A DNA stretch of 40,015 nt from a phage: the sequence record PV889368.1. The stretch is one strand, 5' to 3'. Of this stretch, positions 11,220-19,641 are shown piece after piece (the stretch's first letter is position 1; every line of letters begins with the position of its first letter). Made by a program: the position numbers and the translations under genes. The notes below the pieces were generated by a model, which saw only the letters and a program-made list of their open reading frames with translations, had not been told where the DNA came from and did no database searches.

Positions 11220-11447
11220 TTAAATCATACTCATTAGGACGTATCCTTCAGCGATGTCACCAACGTCAGCAATGTGGACAACCTTACGAGCTACCTGCTG
11301 CCCCGTATACCCGTTGTCCCACTCATTCAGGATAAGCCAGTCGCCAACCTTAAAGTCCCGGTCGTTAAGTCTCAGCTCTGCTGTCTTTAGACCTAGCTGT
11401 ACCGGACCAAAGTGCTGGCGGTGAATCTTCAGGTTGTGACTAGCCAT
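11220..11447 (-). CDS. Small ASCH/PUA-like (DUF3850-like) protein, 75 aa, with no T7 counterpart
   Basis: ATG overlapping the gp11 stop (TAATG) with GGGAGG RBS; pattern HxLKIxxxxFxxVxxGxKTxExRxNDRDFxVGD...GYTG is typical of short ASCH-like proteins (recalled, not searched). Confidence 0.55.
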   Translation of the reverse strand: MASHNLKIHRQHFGPVQLGLKTAELRLNDRDFKVGDWLILNEWDNGYTGQQVARKVVHIADVGDIAEGYVLMSMI

Positions 11448-12013
11448 TAGTCCCTCCCGATGTCAGACATCATGTTGTAGCGACCAGTGTCCATCTCGTA
11501 CTCCATAACCTGCTGATAGAGTTCTGCTTCCTGCTCACGAAGGTATAGCTCTGACTCTGGGCTGCCGAAGAACTTAGCGTTGAACTCACGGCTAGCTTTA
11601 GTGACGATGTAGTCCCTGAAGACCACAGGCATCTCGGAGAATGGCTTCATCTCCACAAGCTCTACCGTGATAGGGTCGGTGAAAGTGGTTGACTGGGTGG
11701 ACAGGTCGTACAGGTATCCCCCCATGTTGCTGTAGTAGCTGGTGGCCCCAGCGGTCATTACACGAAGGTATGACGGCAAGAATCGAATCCTGTTGTCTTG
11801 GATATCGGGTGTCAGTACAGCAGCTTCGTTGATGTTAAAGTTCCAGCCTTTAGCTTGGACCTGACGATTGACACGATGCAGGATACGTTGAGCATTCGAG
11901 ACGTCAGCATTGCCTTCGTCAAGCTGTAGGACTGCTGGTTCACCGATAGCAGCTAACATATCGTTGATGGCATCTAAGTCATCGTTAGCATTCAGTGGAA
12001 TGTATTGAGCCAT
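11447..12013 (-). CDS. Tail tubular protein A (gp11)
   Basis: Start moved to ATG 12013..12011 (GGAGGA RBS); AINDMLAAIGEP, GWNFNI, IVTKASREFNAKFFG and MEYEMD match T7 gp11. Confidence 0.9.
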   Translation of the reverse strand: MAQYIPLNANDDLDAINDMLAAIGEPAVLQLDEGNADVSNAQRILHRVNRQVQAKGWNFNINEAAVLTPDIQDNRIRFLPSYLRVMTAGATSYYSNMGGYLYDLSTQSTTFTDPITVELVEMKPFSEMPVVFRDYIVTKASREFNAKFFGSPESELYLREQEAELYQQVMEYEMDTGRYNMMSDIGRD

Positions 12014-12026
12014 AATTAATCCTCCG

Positions 12027-12068
12027 AAAAAAAACCCCTCAAGCACCCGAAGGCACCCAAGGGGTTTC
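12027..12068 (-). terminator. Tphi-like terminator for the phage RNAP downstream of the capsid gene
   Basis: Minus strand AACCCCTTGGGTGCC-TTCG-GGTGCTTGAGGGGTT hairpin followed by TTTTTTTT, closely resembling the T7 Tphi sequence. Confidence 0.8.
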
Positions 12069-12070
12069 AA

Positions 12071-12223
12071 TTAGTTGTTGGACTCAGCCAGTTTAGCGGC
12101 CCTGTTCGCAGCACGAGTACGCGCAGCTTTCTGTTGAGGAGTTAGAGTCTCCTCTTCAGGTACAGCCGCTACTGTAGCGACGTTAGGTTGGCTAAAGGTG
12201 CTTACGCCGCTGGGCTGAAAACC
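12071..12223 (-). CDS. Capsid 10B C-terminal extension reached by a -1 programmed frameshift
   Basis: Slippery heptamer G GTT TTC sits five codons before the 10A stop; the -1 frame stays open for ~50 codons (GFQPSGVSTF...AAKLAESNN) up to TAA at 12073..12071. Confidence 0.7.
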   Translation of the reverse strand, partial: GFQPSGVSTFSQPNVATVAAVPEEETLTPQQKAARTRAANRAAKLAESNN

Positions 12224-13245
12224 AGTGCGCCAGCCGCTTCAGGACGCAGACCACCATGACCCATAGCGTATTTACCAACAATCAGGTCGCCCTGAGCATC
12301 GACGTCACGGTCACGTTCCAGCGCCAAGTCACGCAGCTTAACGGTACCCACAGCAGAACGGTGAGAGAACAGACCAACAACGTTGTCCAGAGCAACTTTA
12401 ACGTCACCAGTAGCAGTAGCTGGGAAGGCGTGCTTCTGACCAGTCGCAATAGTGATACCATCATCACCACGAGTTTCACCAGCACCACCCTGAGTCAAGT
12501 GTGGAACTTCAACAACCACGAAGCCCATTACGTTACGGATGTTACCAGTCTCTGGGTCAATCAGCGCAGCATAGTTAGCAGCGTTCGGCATCAGAGCAGC
12601 GAGGATTGCAGAGTAGTTGTCCGGCGTTGTATAGAAATAACGGTCGCCAGCAGGAACGTAGTTGGAGGTCAGCTTCGCACGAGCAATGGTCAATTGACCG
12701 ATGATTGCTTCACCCAGTTTAGCCGGGGTGTCGAGGTCAGCTTTCTTACCAACTTCCAGTACGGACGCAGTACCCAGACCAGCGATGTTCTCGTTGGATG
12801 CAGCCGGTAGGTTACACAGGATAGCCATTTCAGCTAAAACCGCACCATCGGCAGCGATAGCCAGAGCTTCACCCAACTGGTTGGAATACTCGCCAGCCAC
12901 GTCATAGTGGTTCATCGCGTCTTCAATGTCGAAAATCATCACATCGGCAGTCAGCAGACCATCAATGGTAATCACTTTCTCGGTATGTTTAATACCTTTA
13001 CGCTTATCGGACAGTCGCTCGCCAGGAGCCAGATACACACCAGAGGTGCGACCCATGACCGGGAACTGAGCAGACTTACCGTTCTGAATGGTACGGACAA
13101 TATGCTTGTCAGCAGTTACAGAGCGGCGAGTGAATGCGGTCAGGACTTCACCAGCAAATACCTTCAGGAACAACGCAAGAGCGTCGGAACTGGATTTGCC
13201 TTTACCTTGGTCTGTACCAATTTTCTGACCCGGAACGTTTGCCAT
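12202..13245 (-). CDS. Major capsid protein 10A
   Basis: LALFLKVFAGEVLTAFTRRSVT, EKVITIDGLLTADV, DIEDAMNHYDV, ALMPNAANYAALIDPE and YAMGHGGLRPEAAGA match T7 gp10A. Confidence 0.95.
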   Translation of the reverse strand: MANVPGQKIGTDQGKGKSSSDALALFLKVFAGEVLTAFTRRSVTADKHIVRTIQNGKSAQFPVMGRTSGVYLAPGERLSDKRKGIKHTEKVITIDGLLTADVMIFDIEDAMNHYDVAGEYSNQLGEALAIAADGAVLAEMAILCNLPAASNENIAGLGTASVLEVGKKADLDTPAKLGEAIIGQLTIARAKLTSNYVPAGDRYFYTTPDNYSAILAALMPNAANYAALIDPETGNIRNVMGFVVVEVPHLTQGGAGETRGDDGITIATGQKHAFPATATGDVKVALDNVVGLFSHRSAVGTVKLRDLALERDRDVDAQGDLIVGKYAMGHGGLRPEAAGALVFSPAA

Positions 13246-13357
13246 ATGATAATTCTCCTATTCAATTGAAAGATAAAGTTTATTACTTACTGTACGCCCA
13301 ATCCGTATGGACTGAAGTAATAGGGAAACCTTGAGTCTTTCTCTTGGTCTCCCTATA

Positions 13358-13380
13358 GTGATAGTTTAGTCCTACAGGCT
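13358..13380 (-). promoter_or_regulatory. Phage RNAP promoter (phi10-like)
   Basis: Minus strand CTAAACTATCACTATAGGGAGACC upstream of the capsid gene. Confidence 0.85.
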
Positions 13381-14256
13381 TGAGGCAGCTACCTTAGCGC
13401 GAACTTCCATCGTGTACTTAGCGTCACGCAGGTATCGCGGGTCACTCATAGCCTTAATCATGTCAGCCTTGGAGCTGAATGCTTCTGTCTGAGGAGCCTT
13501 AGGTGCGACCACAGGTTTAGCTTGAGTGGTGATGGTACGCTGAGGTTTAACACCCACAGCTTTACCCAGAGTCTTGCCAGCCAGATTCAGAAGAGCCTTG
13601 GTAGTCGCAATGTCCTTACGAACGATAGCAGCTTCCAGTGCTTCACGAGTTGACGGGTCGTTGGACTCAAGGTGTGACAGGATGCGATTAAACTGTTCAG
13701 CACCCCCAGCGTAGCGAACCACACCAGCAGCATACTGTTCAGCCAGAGCTTCCTGACCACGGACAAACGAATCTACGAAACGCTTGGTGTAACCTGCTTC
13801 CTGCAACTTAGCGTAGGATGCGTCAGACAGCTTACCGTCCTTGGCGTATTCAGCCTTGATAGCGGTAATTTCATCAGCAGTGACCTTGCCAGCTTCTACA
13901 GCAGAAGACACCATGTCGTCGAATGCAGCTTCGTTTTCATCCAGAGCAGTGACACTTTCAGTCAGCTCTTTCGGTGCATCACCTAGTTCGATGAACTCCG
14001 GCTGCTCACCATCGGTATCAGACTCTTCGTCATCTGACTCGTGGTCTTCTTCACCTTCAGTCTCTTCGACGTTCTCGTCTTCTTCGGTCGCCTCTTCGTT
14101 TTCGGCTTCCAGTTGCTTGAAGGTAATAGCGTCATCGCCATCGCGAACAGCTACGTCCTGTTCAAGCATAGACTTCTGGTGTTCGTTCAGGTCCTCAACG
14201 GAACCAGTGATTGCATTAGAGCTAACGCCAAACTCGGCATAAACTGATTGAGACAT
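13372..14256 (-). CDS. Scaffolding protein (gp9)
   Basis: Start moved to ATG 14256..14254 (AAGGAG RBS); acidic protein with VAVRDGDDAI and C-terminal IKAMSDPRY matching T7 gp9. Confidence 0.88.
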   Translation of the reverse strand: MSQSVYAEFGVSSNAITGSVEDLNEHQKSMLEQDVAVRDGDDAITFKQLEAENEEATEEDENVEETEGEEDHESDDEESDTDGEQPEFIELGDAPKELTESVTALDENEAAFDDMVSSAVEAGKVTADEITAIKAEYAKDGKLSDASYAKLQEAGYTKRFVDSFVRGQEALAEQYAAGVVRYAGGAEQFNRILSHLESNDPSTREALEAAIVRKDIATTKALLNLAGKTLGKAVGVKPQRTITTQAKPVVAPKAPQTEAFSSKADMIKAMSDPRYLRDAKYTMEVRAKVAASSL

Positions 14257-14346
14257 TGAGTCATTCTCCTTTAAGTCGTTAATAGGTAACACAGCAACCT
14301 GCCCGCCAGTTACGGCTGGTTGTGCTTTCTCTCACCCAAGCTGTGT

Positions 14347-14369
14347 TGTTCCTATAGTGATAGTTTAGG
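14347..14369 (-). promoter_or_regulatory. Phage RNAP promoter (phi9-like), overlapping the portal gene 3' end
   Basis: Minus strand CTAAACTATCACTATAGGAACAAC. Confidence 0.8.
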
Positions 14370-15933
14370 CTTGAGCCATGTCCTCACCAGCTCCCTGACC
14401 TACAGCAGCGCCCATGTTAGCACCAGCAGCAGACGCACCGTTGACCACAGCTCCTTGAGCGGATTGTTCAGCAATACGTTGCATCTTCTCGTCCTGAGTC
14501 AGCAGAAGACCAGCAGTGTCAATGCCTAAGGCATTCAGCAGTCGCAGCTTCAGGGTCGGCAAGTTAATGTCTGGGTCCTGAGCGAGAGGCTGAAGACCAG
14601 TCATCATGTTGACTGCCTGAGTCAGCTTCTCCAAGTCCTGACCACGACCTAACGCTTCAAGACCAGTGGATACCGTAGGCTCTACCGCTTCTTTCGGAAG
14701 GTCAGGAATCATGCCAGCAGACTGAAGTTGGTTCATCAGTACACGGACGATAGGTAACTGAAGCTCTTGTGACTGTACTGAGTACACGCCACCTAAGGTC
14801 GCCTCCAGTTCGCCAGCAACATAACGAATCTCTTCAGCAGTTACTCGCTCGGCATTACGCTGAACAGCACTATTAAGAAGGAAGGCCCAGCCTAAACGTT
14901 GCTCGATAGCGTCAGCCACCGACTTGGCAATCGTAAAGTCCTGACCTTTCGTCAGTTGCAGGAAGTTGATGTCCTCGACGCGACCAGCCACGAACTCACC
15001 TGTAGCCGCCTTGTTCAGACGACGAGGTTGCGTGATACCGTTCGGGTTAACGAGGCCCACCACCTTGGAGGCTACCTTAGCCATTTTGGTGATAGCTTCT
15101 GTAATCGTCTCCAGCGAGTTCAGGTCTCCCAGATACTCCTCGCAATAAGAACGACCATAGTCTTCACCATCCAGTCGAACCATTCGTACCGGGATGTATG
15201 GACATGCAGTCAGTGGGTAAGAACCCTCGGTCCCTGCTACCTCAATGCCTTCCACTTCCTCGTAGCGCAGATACTCGTCGTCCTGACGATAGATGTGCGT
15301 ATACACTTCCAGCTCGGTGTCAGGCTCATAGTCGTCTGCGTTGAGTTGTGACTTCACGTCTTCCGGTAGAGCACTAAACGCTACCTTGTCGAGAGTCACA
15401 ATCTGCAAGATGTTGCCGAAAGCATCACGCTGAACAACGTATGACACTAAGCGGTACATTCGCATAGGACTGTAAGTACCTTGTTCAGGCTCTGGAATGT
15501 AGAGCAGACAGTTACCGGAGACGATAAGCTGCTTCAGAGCTTCGAACAGTGGCACACGGAAACTGTTAGTCTCCATGTAGGCCATCAACACACGCTCGAC
15601 CATAGCCAGCCCTTCATCAACACGAGCAGCAGCCTCTGAGTCCTGACTCAAGGTCTTGGCCTCATATTCTGAGACTGTCAGTCGCATCCACGGTGACTGA
15701 GGGAATAGTGCCAACATCAGCTTTGCAGCCAAGTTGTTCAAGCAGCGAGCACCTACAGCTTGCCACGGAGTTGTGTACTCAGTAGACGAGTTATCGGACT
15801 CCTTAGGAAACAGTGACGGGATAGTGACAGCAGCACAGTTCTGAGCGCGTGTCTCATATGGCTGTCTACCGTTCTTCAGTCGGTCATAGACCGCTTTGGC
15901 TCCTTCAGCAGCGAACCCTTCACGTTCAGCCAT
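14365..15933 (-). CDS. Portal / head-to-tail connector (gp8)
   Basis: RLKNGRQPYETRAQNCA, TIPSLFPK and TPWQAVGAR match the T7 gp8 N-terminus. Confidence 0.93.
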   Translation of the reverse strand: MAEREGFAAEGAKAVYDRLKNGRQPYETRAQNCAAVTIPSLFPKESDNSSTEYTTPWQAVGARCLNNLAAKLMLALFPQSPWMRLTVSEYEAKTLSQDSEAAARVDEGLAMVERVLMAYMETNSFRVPLFEALKQLIVSGNCLLYIPEPEQGTYSPMRMYRLVSYVVQRDAFGNILQIVTLDKVAFSALPEDVKSQLNADDYEPDTELEVYTHIYRQDDEYLRYEEVEGIEVAGTEGSYPLTACPYIPVRMVRLDGEDYGRSYCEEYLGDLNSLETITEAITKMAKVASKVVGLVNPNGITQPRRLNKAATGEFVAGRVEDINFLQLTKGQDFTIAKSVADAIEQRLGWAFLLNSAVQRNAERVTAEEIRYVAGELEATLGGVYSVQSQELQLPIVRVLMNQLQSAGMIPDLPKEAVEPTVSTGLEALGRGQDLEKLTQAVNMMTGLQPLAQDPDINLPTLKLRLLNALGIDTAGLLLTQDEKMQRIAEQSAQGAVVNGASAAGANMGAAVGQGAGEDMAQA

Positions 15934-15944
15934 TCGTCACCTCC

Positions 15945-16193
15945 TTAAATAGAAATACCGCCACCAGAGGTACGAGAGACCTGAAGGCTACGCTTACCGG
16001 AACGCTTCACTTTCTTCTCGTCAGATGCGGTTGATTCAGTATCCACATCCTCCACTTTTTCGTTCGGTACTTCCACTGGTGCTGCTGGGGTCTGAGCCTC
16101 AACAACCTTAGGCGCATCGTCAGAGCCAAGGCCAACGGTCCCTAATGTACTTTTCACCACTTTCTTGAAAGCCTTACTGATTGATTTACCCAC
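15945..16193 (-). CDS. gp7.3-like virion protein
   Basis: GTG start with AAGGAG RBS; MGKSISKAFKK... and C-terminal SGGGISI resemble T7 gp7.3 (MGKKVKK... SGGGINI). Confidence 0.7.
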   Translation of the reverse strand: MGKSISKAFKKVVKSTLGTVGLGSDDAPKVVEAQTPAAPVEVPNEKVEDVDTESTASDEKKVKRSGKRSLQVSRTSGGGISI

Positions 16194-16608
16194 GATTAAT
16201 CTCCTTGTTCGTGCTAACGCACTTGGTTGTTACGATATCTACCGACCCAGAAACATGCTTGACACGAGAATACCAGCCAAGACCCCAACGCTTGCACTCT
16301 TCGTCTATGATGTGTCTGACAGTCTCAAGAACCTTGCGGGAGGACTGCGAGTCACGACGAATAGCGATGATTGAAAGGTCAAGACCGGGAGTCGGTCGGT
16401 GCCAAGATGCGGTAGCCAGCATGTAGAGATACGCTACTGGTTGACCTGAGACATCGTAGATTGTGTACTCTTCACCATCGAACTCGTCAGCCATACGGTA
16501 AGTATGAGCCTTGAAGTCCTCGAATGACTTGAAGTTAGACTGCCCGTCTTCCCAGAGGCGACAAGCGCACATGTGGCGACCTTCGCGTGAGTTGAGATAT
16601 GGTAGCAT
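16186..16608 (-). CDS. Hypothetical protein in the gene 7 position (140 aa)
   Basis: ATG start, located between gp6.7 and gp7.3 homologs; positional only. Confidence 0.45.
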   Translation of the reverse strand: MLPYLNSREGRHMCACRLWEDGQSNFKSFEDFKAHTYRMADEFDGEEYTIYDVSGQPVAYLYMLATASWHRPTPGLDLSIIAIRRDSQSSRKVLETVRHIIDEECKRWGLGWYSRVKHVSGSVDIVTTKCVSTNKEINRG

Positions 16609-16612
16609 TGTC

Positions 16613-16837
16613 TTACCCCATGTTGACGCCAGAGGCTCGCATAGCGCGGCTAACTGACGATTTATCTTTAGGTGCAGACTCCTTCTTGACCTTCAGGTCT
16701 TTGATACCTTTGGTCTCGTTGGTGTCCACATCCGATTCAGCCCCGATGTCAACTGACGCAACTTCCTCACTCAGTGGTGCTGGTTCAGGTGCTTGGACCG
16801 AAGGCTTCGGAGTGCTAATCTTTGGACTGAAACACAT
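16613..16837 (-). CDS. gp6.7-like protein
   Basis: N-terminus MCFSPKI identical to the T7 gp6.7 start; GGAGGG RBS. Confidence 0.75.
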   Translation of the reverse strand: MCFSPKISTPKPSVQAPEPAPLSEEVASVDIGAESDVDTNETKGIKDLKVKKESAPKDKSSVSRAMRASGVNMG

Positions 16838-16851
16838 AGTCCCTCCTACAG

Positions 16852-17124
16852 TTAATCGAACTGAACGGTATCTTTCAGCTCACGACGCATAGCAATCGCA
16901 GAGTCGAGAGTGTCAGAGCAATACTGGAGACCCTTGATAAACCCGGCAATGAACGCATCGCTGTAGCCCTGCTGCTTGAGGAGACTGATAGCTCCCATCT
17001 TCTCAGCGTAGCTTGCGTTGAACAGTACGTGCAGAAACTGGATGGCAGACTGGGAGATGTTAGGGACATCAAGTCTTTCTTCCTGTAACTGCTTAACAAC
17101 GTTTTCAATAGCATTAATCGCCAT
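16852..17124 (-). CDS. gp6.5-position protein (90 aa)
   Basis: ATG start directly downstream of the phi6.5-like promoter; positional. Confidence 0.5.
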   Translation of the reverse strand: MAINAIENVVKQLQEERLDVPNISQSAIQFLHVLFNASYAEKMGAISLLKQQGYSDAFIAGFIKGLQYCSDTLDSAIAMRRELKDTVQFD

Positions 17125-17185
17125 CTTGAATCTCCTCTTTAAGTTAAGACTAAAGTCTATCTTATAGTCATATCTTAGGGCCTAA

Positions 17186-17208
17186 AGTCCCTATAGTGAT
17201 AGTTTAGT
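17186..17208 (-). promoter_or_regulatory. Phage RNAP promoter (phi6.5-like)
   Basis: Minus strand CACTAAACTATCACTATAGGGACTTTAGG. Confidence 0.85.
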
Positions 17209-17334
17209 GTTTCACCTATGGATGACTGTTGGATTGATAGGATATGACTATCGGTTAGACTCAGTGTTTAGGGCGGTTGTTCGACCCGAACCACTTGTAC
17301 ATGCAGTAAAGGGCCAGAAGTCCGGCCCAGTAGA

Positions 17335-18204
17335 TCACATGGATGGTGTCCACAGGATGACCTCCTTGGACTTAGGGTCATAGTCAGAGGCTCGACAAAT
17401 ACGAGCGACCTGAGCTTGGACCAGAAGTTCCTCCTCGGTCATGCCAGCCTTAGCAGCCAGTGTAACCATGCAGTCCCACAGCGTCATGTCTTCACGCTTA
17501 GGATACTTCTTCCACTCAGTCTTAATCTGTCCTTTGTTCTTGCCAGTCTTAAGCTCACGGCTCTCCTGCACGAAGTAGTACGGATCGTTAAGGAATGCAC
17601 GAGTGGTGTCCTCACCCATTCCCGGAATGCCACCGTAGCCATCTGTAGTATCACCCTTGATGGTCTGCTCCATGTGCCAGTAGTCTGCCTCGGCAGTCGT
17701 ATGACTCAGGATTTCACCAGTGGTTAACCAGAAGAACTCACAGTTCGGGATTGTCTTGAAGTCCTTGTCACAGGACACCAGAACCGCATGGTCGCAACCT
17801 ACAATCTGAGGTCGTGTCCCGATGATACCCATACAGTCATCACCCTCAAGCGTAGGACGCAGGAAGCTGTTGAACCGTGGGTCAGCCATTACTTCGGCTA
17901 CGAACTTCTTGTAACCTACAGGCTTGCGAGAACCTTTACGGTTGGCCTTATAGGTAGGCAGAACGTCCTTACGCCAGTTGTTATCGTCCGTAAAGCACAT
18001 CACAATCTTAGCGTCTTTCCACGCCTTGCGCTTCTTAACGATTTCAGCGATGGTGTTCTCAAGGATACGGCGAGCCTTCTCGTGGTCGCAGATAAGGGTC
18101 CAGATGTCATCTCCCCAGTCTGTCTCGTCCTCGGCAGCAGCCATAGAAGAGAAGACCAGATAGTCACCATCCAGAACCAGAGCTATCTTCTTATTCGAAG
18201 TCAT
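17335..18204 (-). CDS. 5'-3' exonuclease (gp6)
   Basis: DGDYLVFSSMAAAE, CDHEKARRILE, SCDKDFKTIPNC, TIKGDTTDGYGGI and KAGMTEE match T7 gp6. Confidence 0.93.
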   Translation of the reverse strand: MTSNKKIALVLDGDYLVFSSMAAAEDETDWGDDIWTLICDHEKARRILENTIAEIVKKRKAWKDAKIVMCFTDDNNWRKDVLPTYKANRKGSRKPVGYKKFVAEVMADPRFNSFLRPTLEGDDCMGIIGTRPQIVGCDHAVLVSCDKDFKTIPNCEFFWLTTGEILSHTTAEADYWHMEQTIKGDTTDGYGGIPGMGEDTTRAFLNDPYYFVQESRELKTGKNKGQIKTEWKKYPKREDMTLWDCMVTLAAKAGMTEEELLVQAQVARICRASDYDPKSKEVILWTPSM

Positions 18205-18631
18205 CGTCCAGACCTCCAGTAGCCATAGCGACCGTAGCTGGCATCACGGAAACTTTCGGCTCCTTAATACGTTCGAGAGTCACCTCAGGCTTCAGCCATT
18301 TGTTGGCGAACTCATGGGCCATGTCGTTGTCCTCTGAGTTGAGGTGTGACATCAGGTTCCAGAAGTTTGAAGACATCTCAGTCTCCTTCTCAACCGGGCG
18401 ATATACGCCCCAGTCATTTACCTCTGAACCATAGCGGTCACTCCACATGCCACTGGCTACGATGGTCAGCCCGATGAACGGACGCCACTCATAAGCCTCA
18501 GCGGGAGACTCGGTGCATGACTCAACGTCCTTCTCGGTCAAGGTGTATGACCAAGATGCGTAGAACTCAGCGTACTTGCGGCACTCACCCATTTCAAGGA
18601 CCAGCTCTTTCAGACTTTCAGGTATCTTCAT
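18191..18631 (-). CDS. Hypothetical acidic protein in the gene 5.9 position (146 aa), not similar to T7 gp5.9
   Basis: ATG 18631..18629 with GGAGG RBS, ATGA overlap with the gp5.7 stop; ends LDDDFE. Confidence 0.55.
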   Translation of the reverse strand: MKIPESLKELVLEMGECRKYAEFYASWSYTLTEKDVESCTESPAEAYEWRPFIGLTIVASGMWSDRYGSEVNDWGVYRPVEKETEMSSNFWNLMSHLNSEDNDMAHEFANKWLKPEVTLERIKEPKVSVMPATVAMATGGLDDDFE

Positions 18632-18837
18632 AGACAGCCTCCGTGTTGGTTCAGGAACTTGGTGCCAGCAGCGGTAATCTCCCACGCACCGTTGTTACGC
18701 CCATCCATAGACAGGCAGCTTAGATGTCCACGACTCGCAGCCTCAGCCACCAGTGCTGCATTATTGCGCACGTAGTTGGACTGAAAGGTCTTCGGGCAGG
18801 ACTTAAGGGCCGCTAGGACCCGTAAGTATTCACTCAT
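18628..18837 (-). CDS. gp5.7
   Basis: MSEYLRVLAALKSCPKTFQSNYVRNNAALVAEAASRGHLSCLS... is near-identical in pattern to T7 gp5.7. Confidence 0.9.
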   Translation of the reverse strand: MSEYLRVLAALKSCPKTFQSNYVRNNAALVAEAASRGHLSCLSMDGRNNGAWEITAAGTKFLNQHGGCL

Positions 18838-19118
18838 TGCTTGACCTCGAATCTCAGGTTGGACACGCCGAACTGGCCATCACCAAAGGTGTCTACCAGC
18901 TCCTCTTTGATGCTCTTCTTGGCGACAATTTCAAGGGCAGACTCAGGGCCTGACTCGATTGCTGCTTTGACCAGAGCCAACTGAAGCCCATCCAGCTTCT
19001 CACCATCAGCGTAGGCTTTAGTCATCTCAGCCAGTTGGCGACACATGGTCTCTTCTTCATTTGAGTTGACAACCATCTTCAGGTCGAAACTTACACGAAT
19101 ACGTTTAGTAATAGCCAT
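18834..19118 (-). CDS. gp5.5-like (H-NS-binding protein family)
   Basis: Start moved to ATG 19118 (AAGGAG RBS); MAITKRIRVSFDL resembles T7 gp5.5 MAMTKKFKVSFDV. Confidence 0.7.
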   Translation of the reverse strand: MAITKRIRVSFDLKMVVNSNEEETMCRQLAEMTKAYADGEKLDGLQLALVKAAIESGPESALEIVAKKSIKEELVDTFGDGQFGVSNLRFEVKQ

Positions 19119-19135
19119 TAGTGTTACTCCTTTCG

Positions 19136-19291
19136 TTAATGACATTCTTTCCACGTGGGTCCAATCTTACCCTCAGTATCAAGAACACATTTAAAGTTAT
19201 AGAACTCACCCACCTTACGCATAGCAAGTTGAGCAATCTTGACGACTTCTTCGGCAATCTCCTGAGTACGACACGCAATTTGTAACTCATC
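19136..19291 (-). CDS. DNA polymerase gp5, exon 2 (C-terminal 51 aa)
   Basis: Translates to DELQIACRTQEIAEEVVKIAQLAMRKVGEFYNFKCVLDTEGKIGPTWKECH, matching the T7 DNAP C-terminus DEIQVGCRTEEIAQ...NFRCLLDTEGKMGPNWAICH; in frame with exon 1 once the intron is removed. Confidence 0.8.
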   Translation of the reverse strand, partial: DELQIACRTQEIAEEVVKIAQLAMRKVGEFYNFKCVLDTEGKIGPTWKECH

Positions 19292-19641
19292 CTTTCTGTA
19301 TTCTCCCATTACTGGAAGTGTCGGACTATATCATCAGTCTTTGAGGTGACTGTCTGGCGCTTCGGGTTACGTGGGAATCTCACCCACGGCCCTACTCCTT
19401 TCGGATAGTCTCTACGCCTTCCACTCTCTAATCCACCCACAGGCGGCTGAGAACGCCACATTGAATATTTCGGAAGTATCCATCCTGATTCAATTTATGT
19501 GACGTAGGGATTATGCAGCCAGTCTCAGTGGCCTCAAGAATTAACTTCTTGCCTCTCATACATCCTCCCTATGGCTTGGCTCGGTATTGTCCCATTAGGA
19601 GTTCACCGAGTTCACCAGATTTAATGTGCACCATGATGTTA
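19292..19641 (-). ncRNA. Candidate ORF-less group I intron (350 nt) interrupting the DNA polymerase gene
   Basis: Exon 1 ends in U (..GUGCAU); the intron contains GUGCAC able to pair with it including a terminal U-G wobble (P1); the last intron base is G; R-like GUAGAGACUAUCC and S-like GAUAUAGUCC elements occur in that order ~30 nt from the 3' end; no ORF inside. Confidence 0.7.

Noticed and set aside
12013-12070. N-terminal extensions of gp11, gp9, gp5 and gp16 in the ORF track
   Set aside because: These start at GTG/TTG with no RBS and in one case run through the Tphi terminator; ATG plus Shine-Dalgarno sites further in give products aligned with the T7 N-termini
12256-12810. Plus-strand ORFs throughout the window (e.g. 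12256..12810, 20989..21465, 30960..31442, 38076..38585, 39477..39947)
   Set aside because: All are antisense to strongly supported minus-strand genes; the genome is transcribed in one direction, like T7
17336-17353. Possible ~25-30 codon hydrophobic ORF (gp6.3-like) after the exonuclease gene
   Set aside because: The start would overlap the gp6 3' end and the ORF is very short; insufficient evidence
19105-19290. 61-aa ORF MSYKLRVVLRRL...
   Set aside because: It is an alternative frame of DNA polymerase exon 2; the in-frame translation matches the T7 DNAP C-terminus instead
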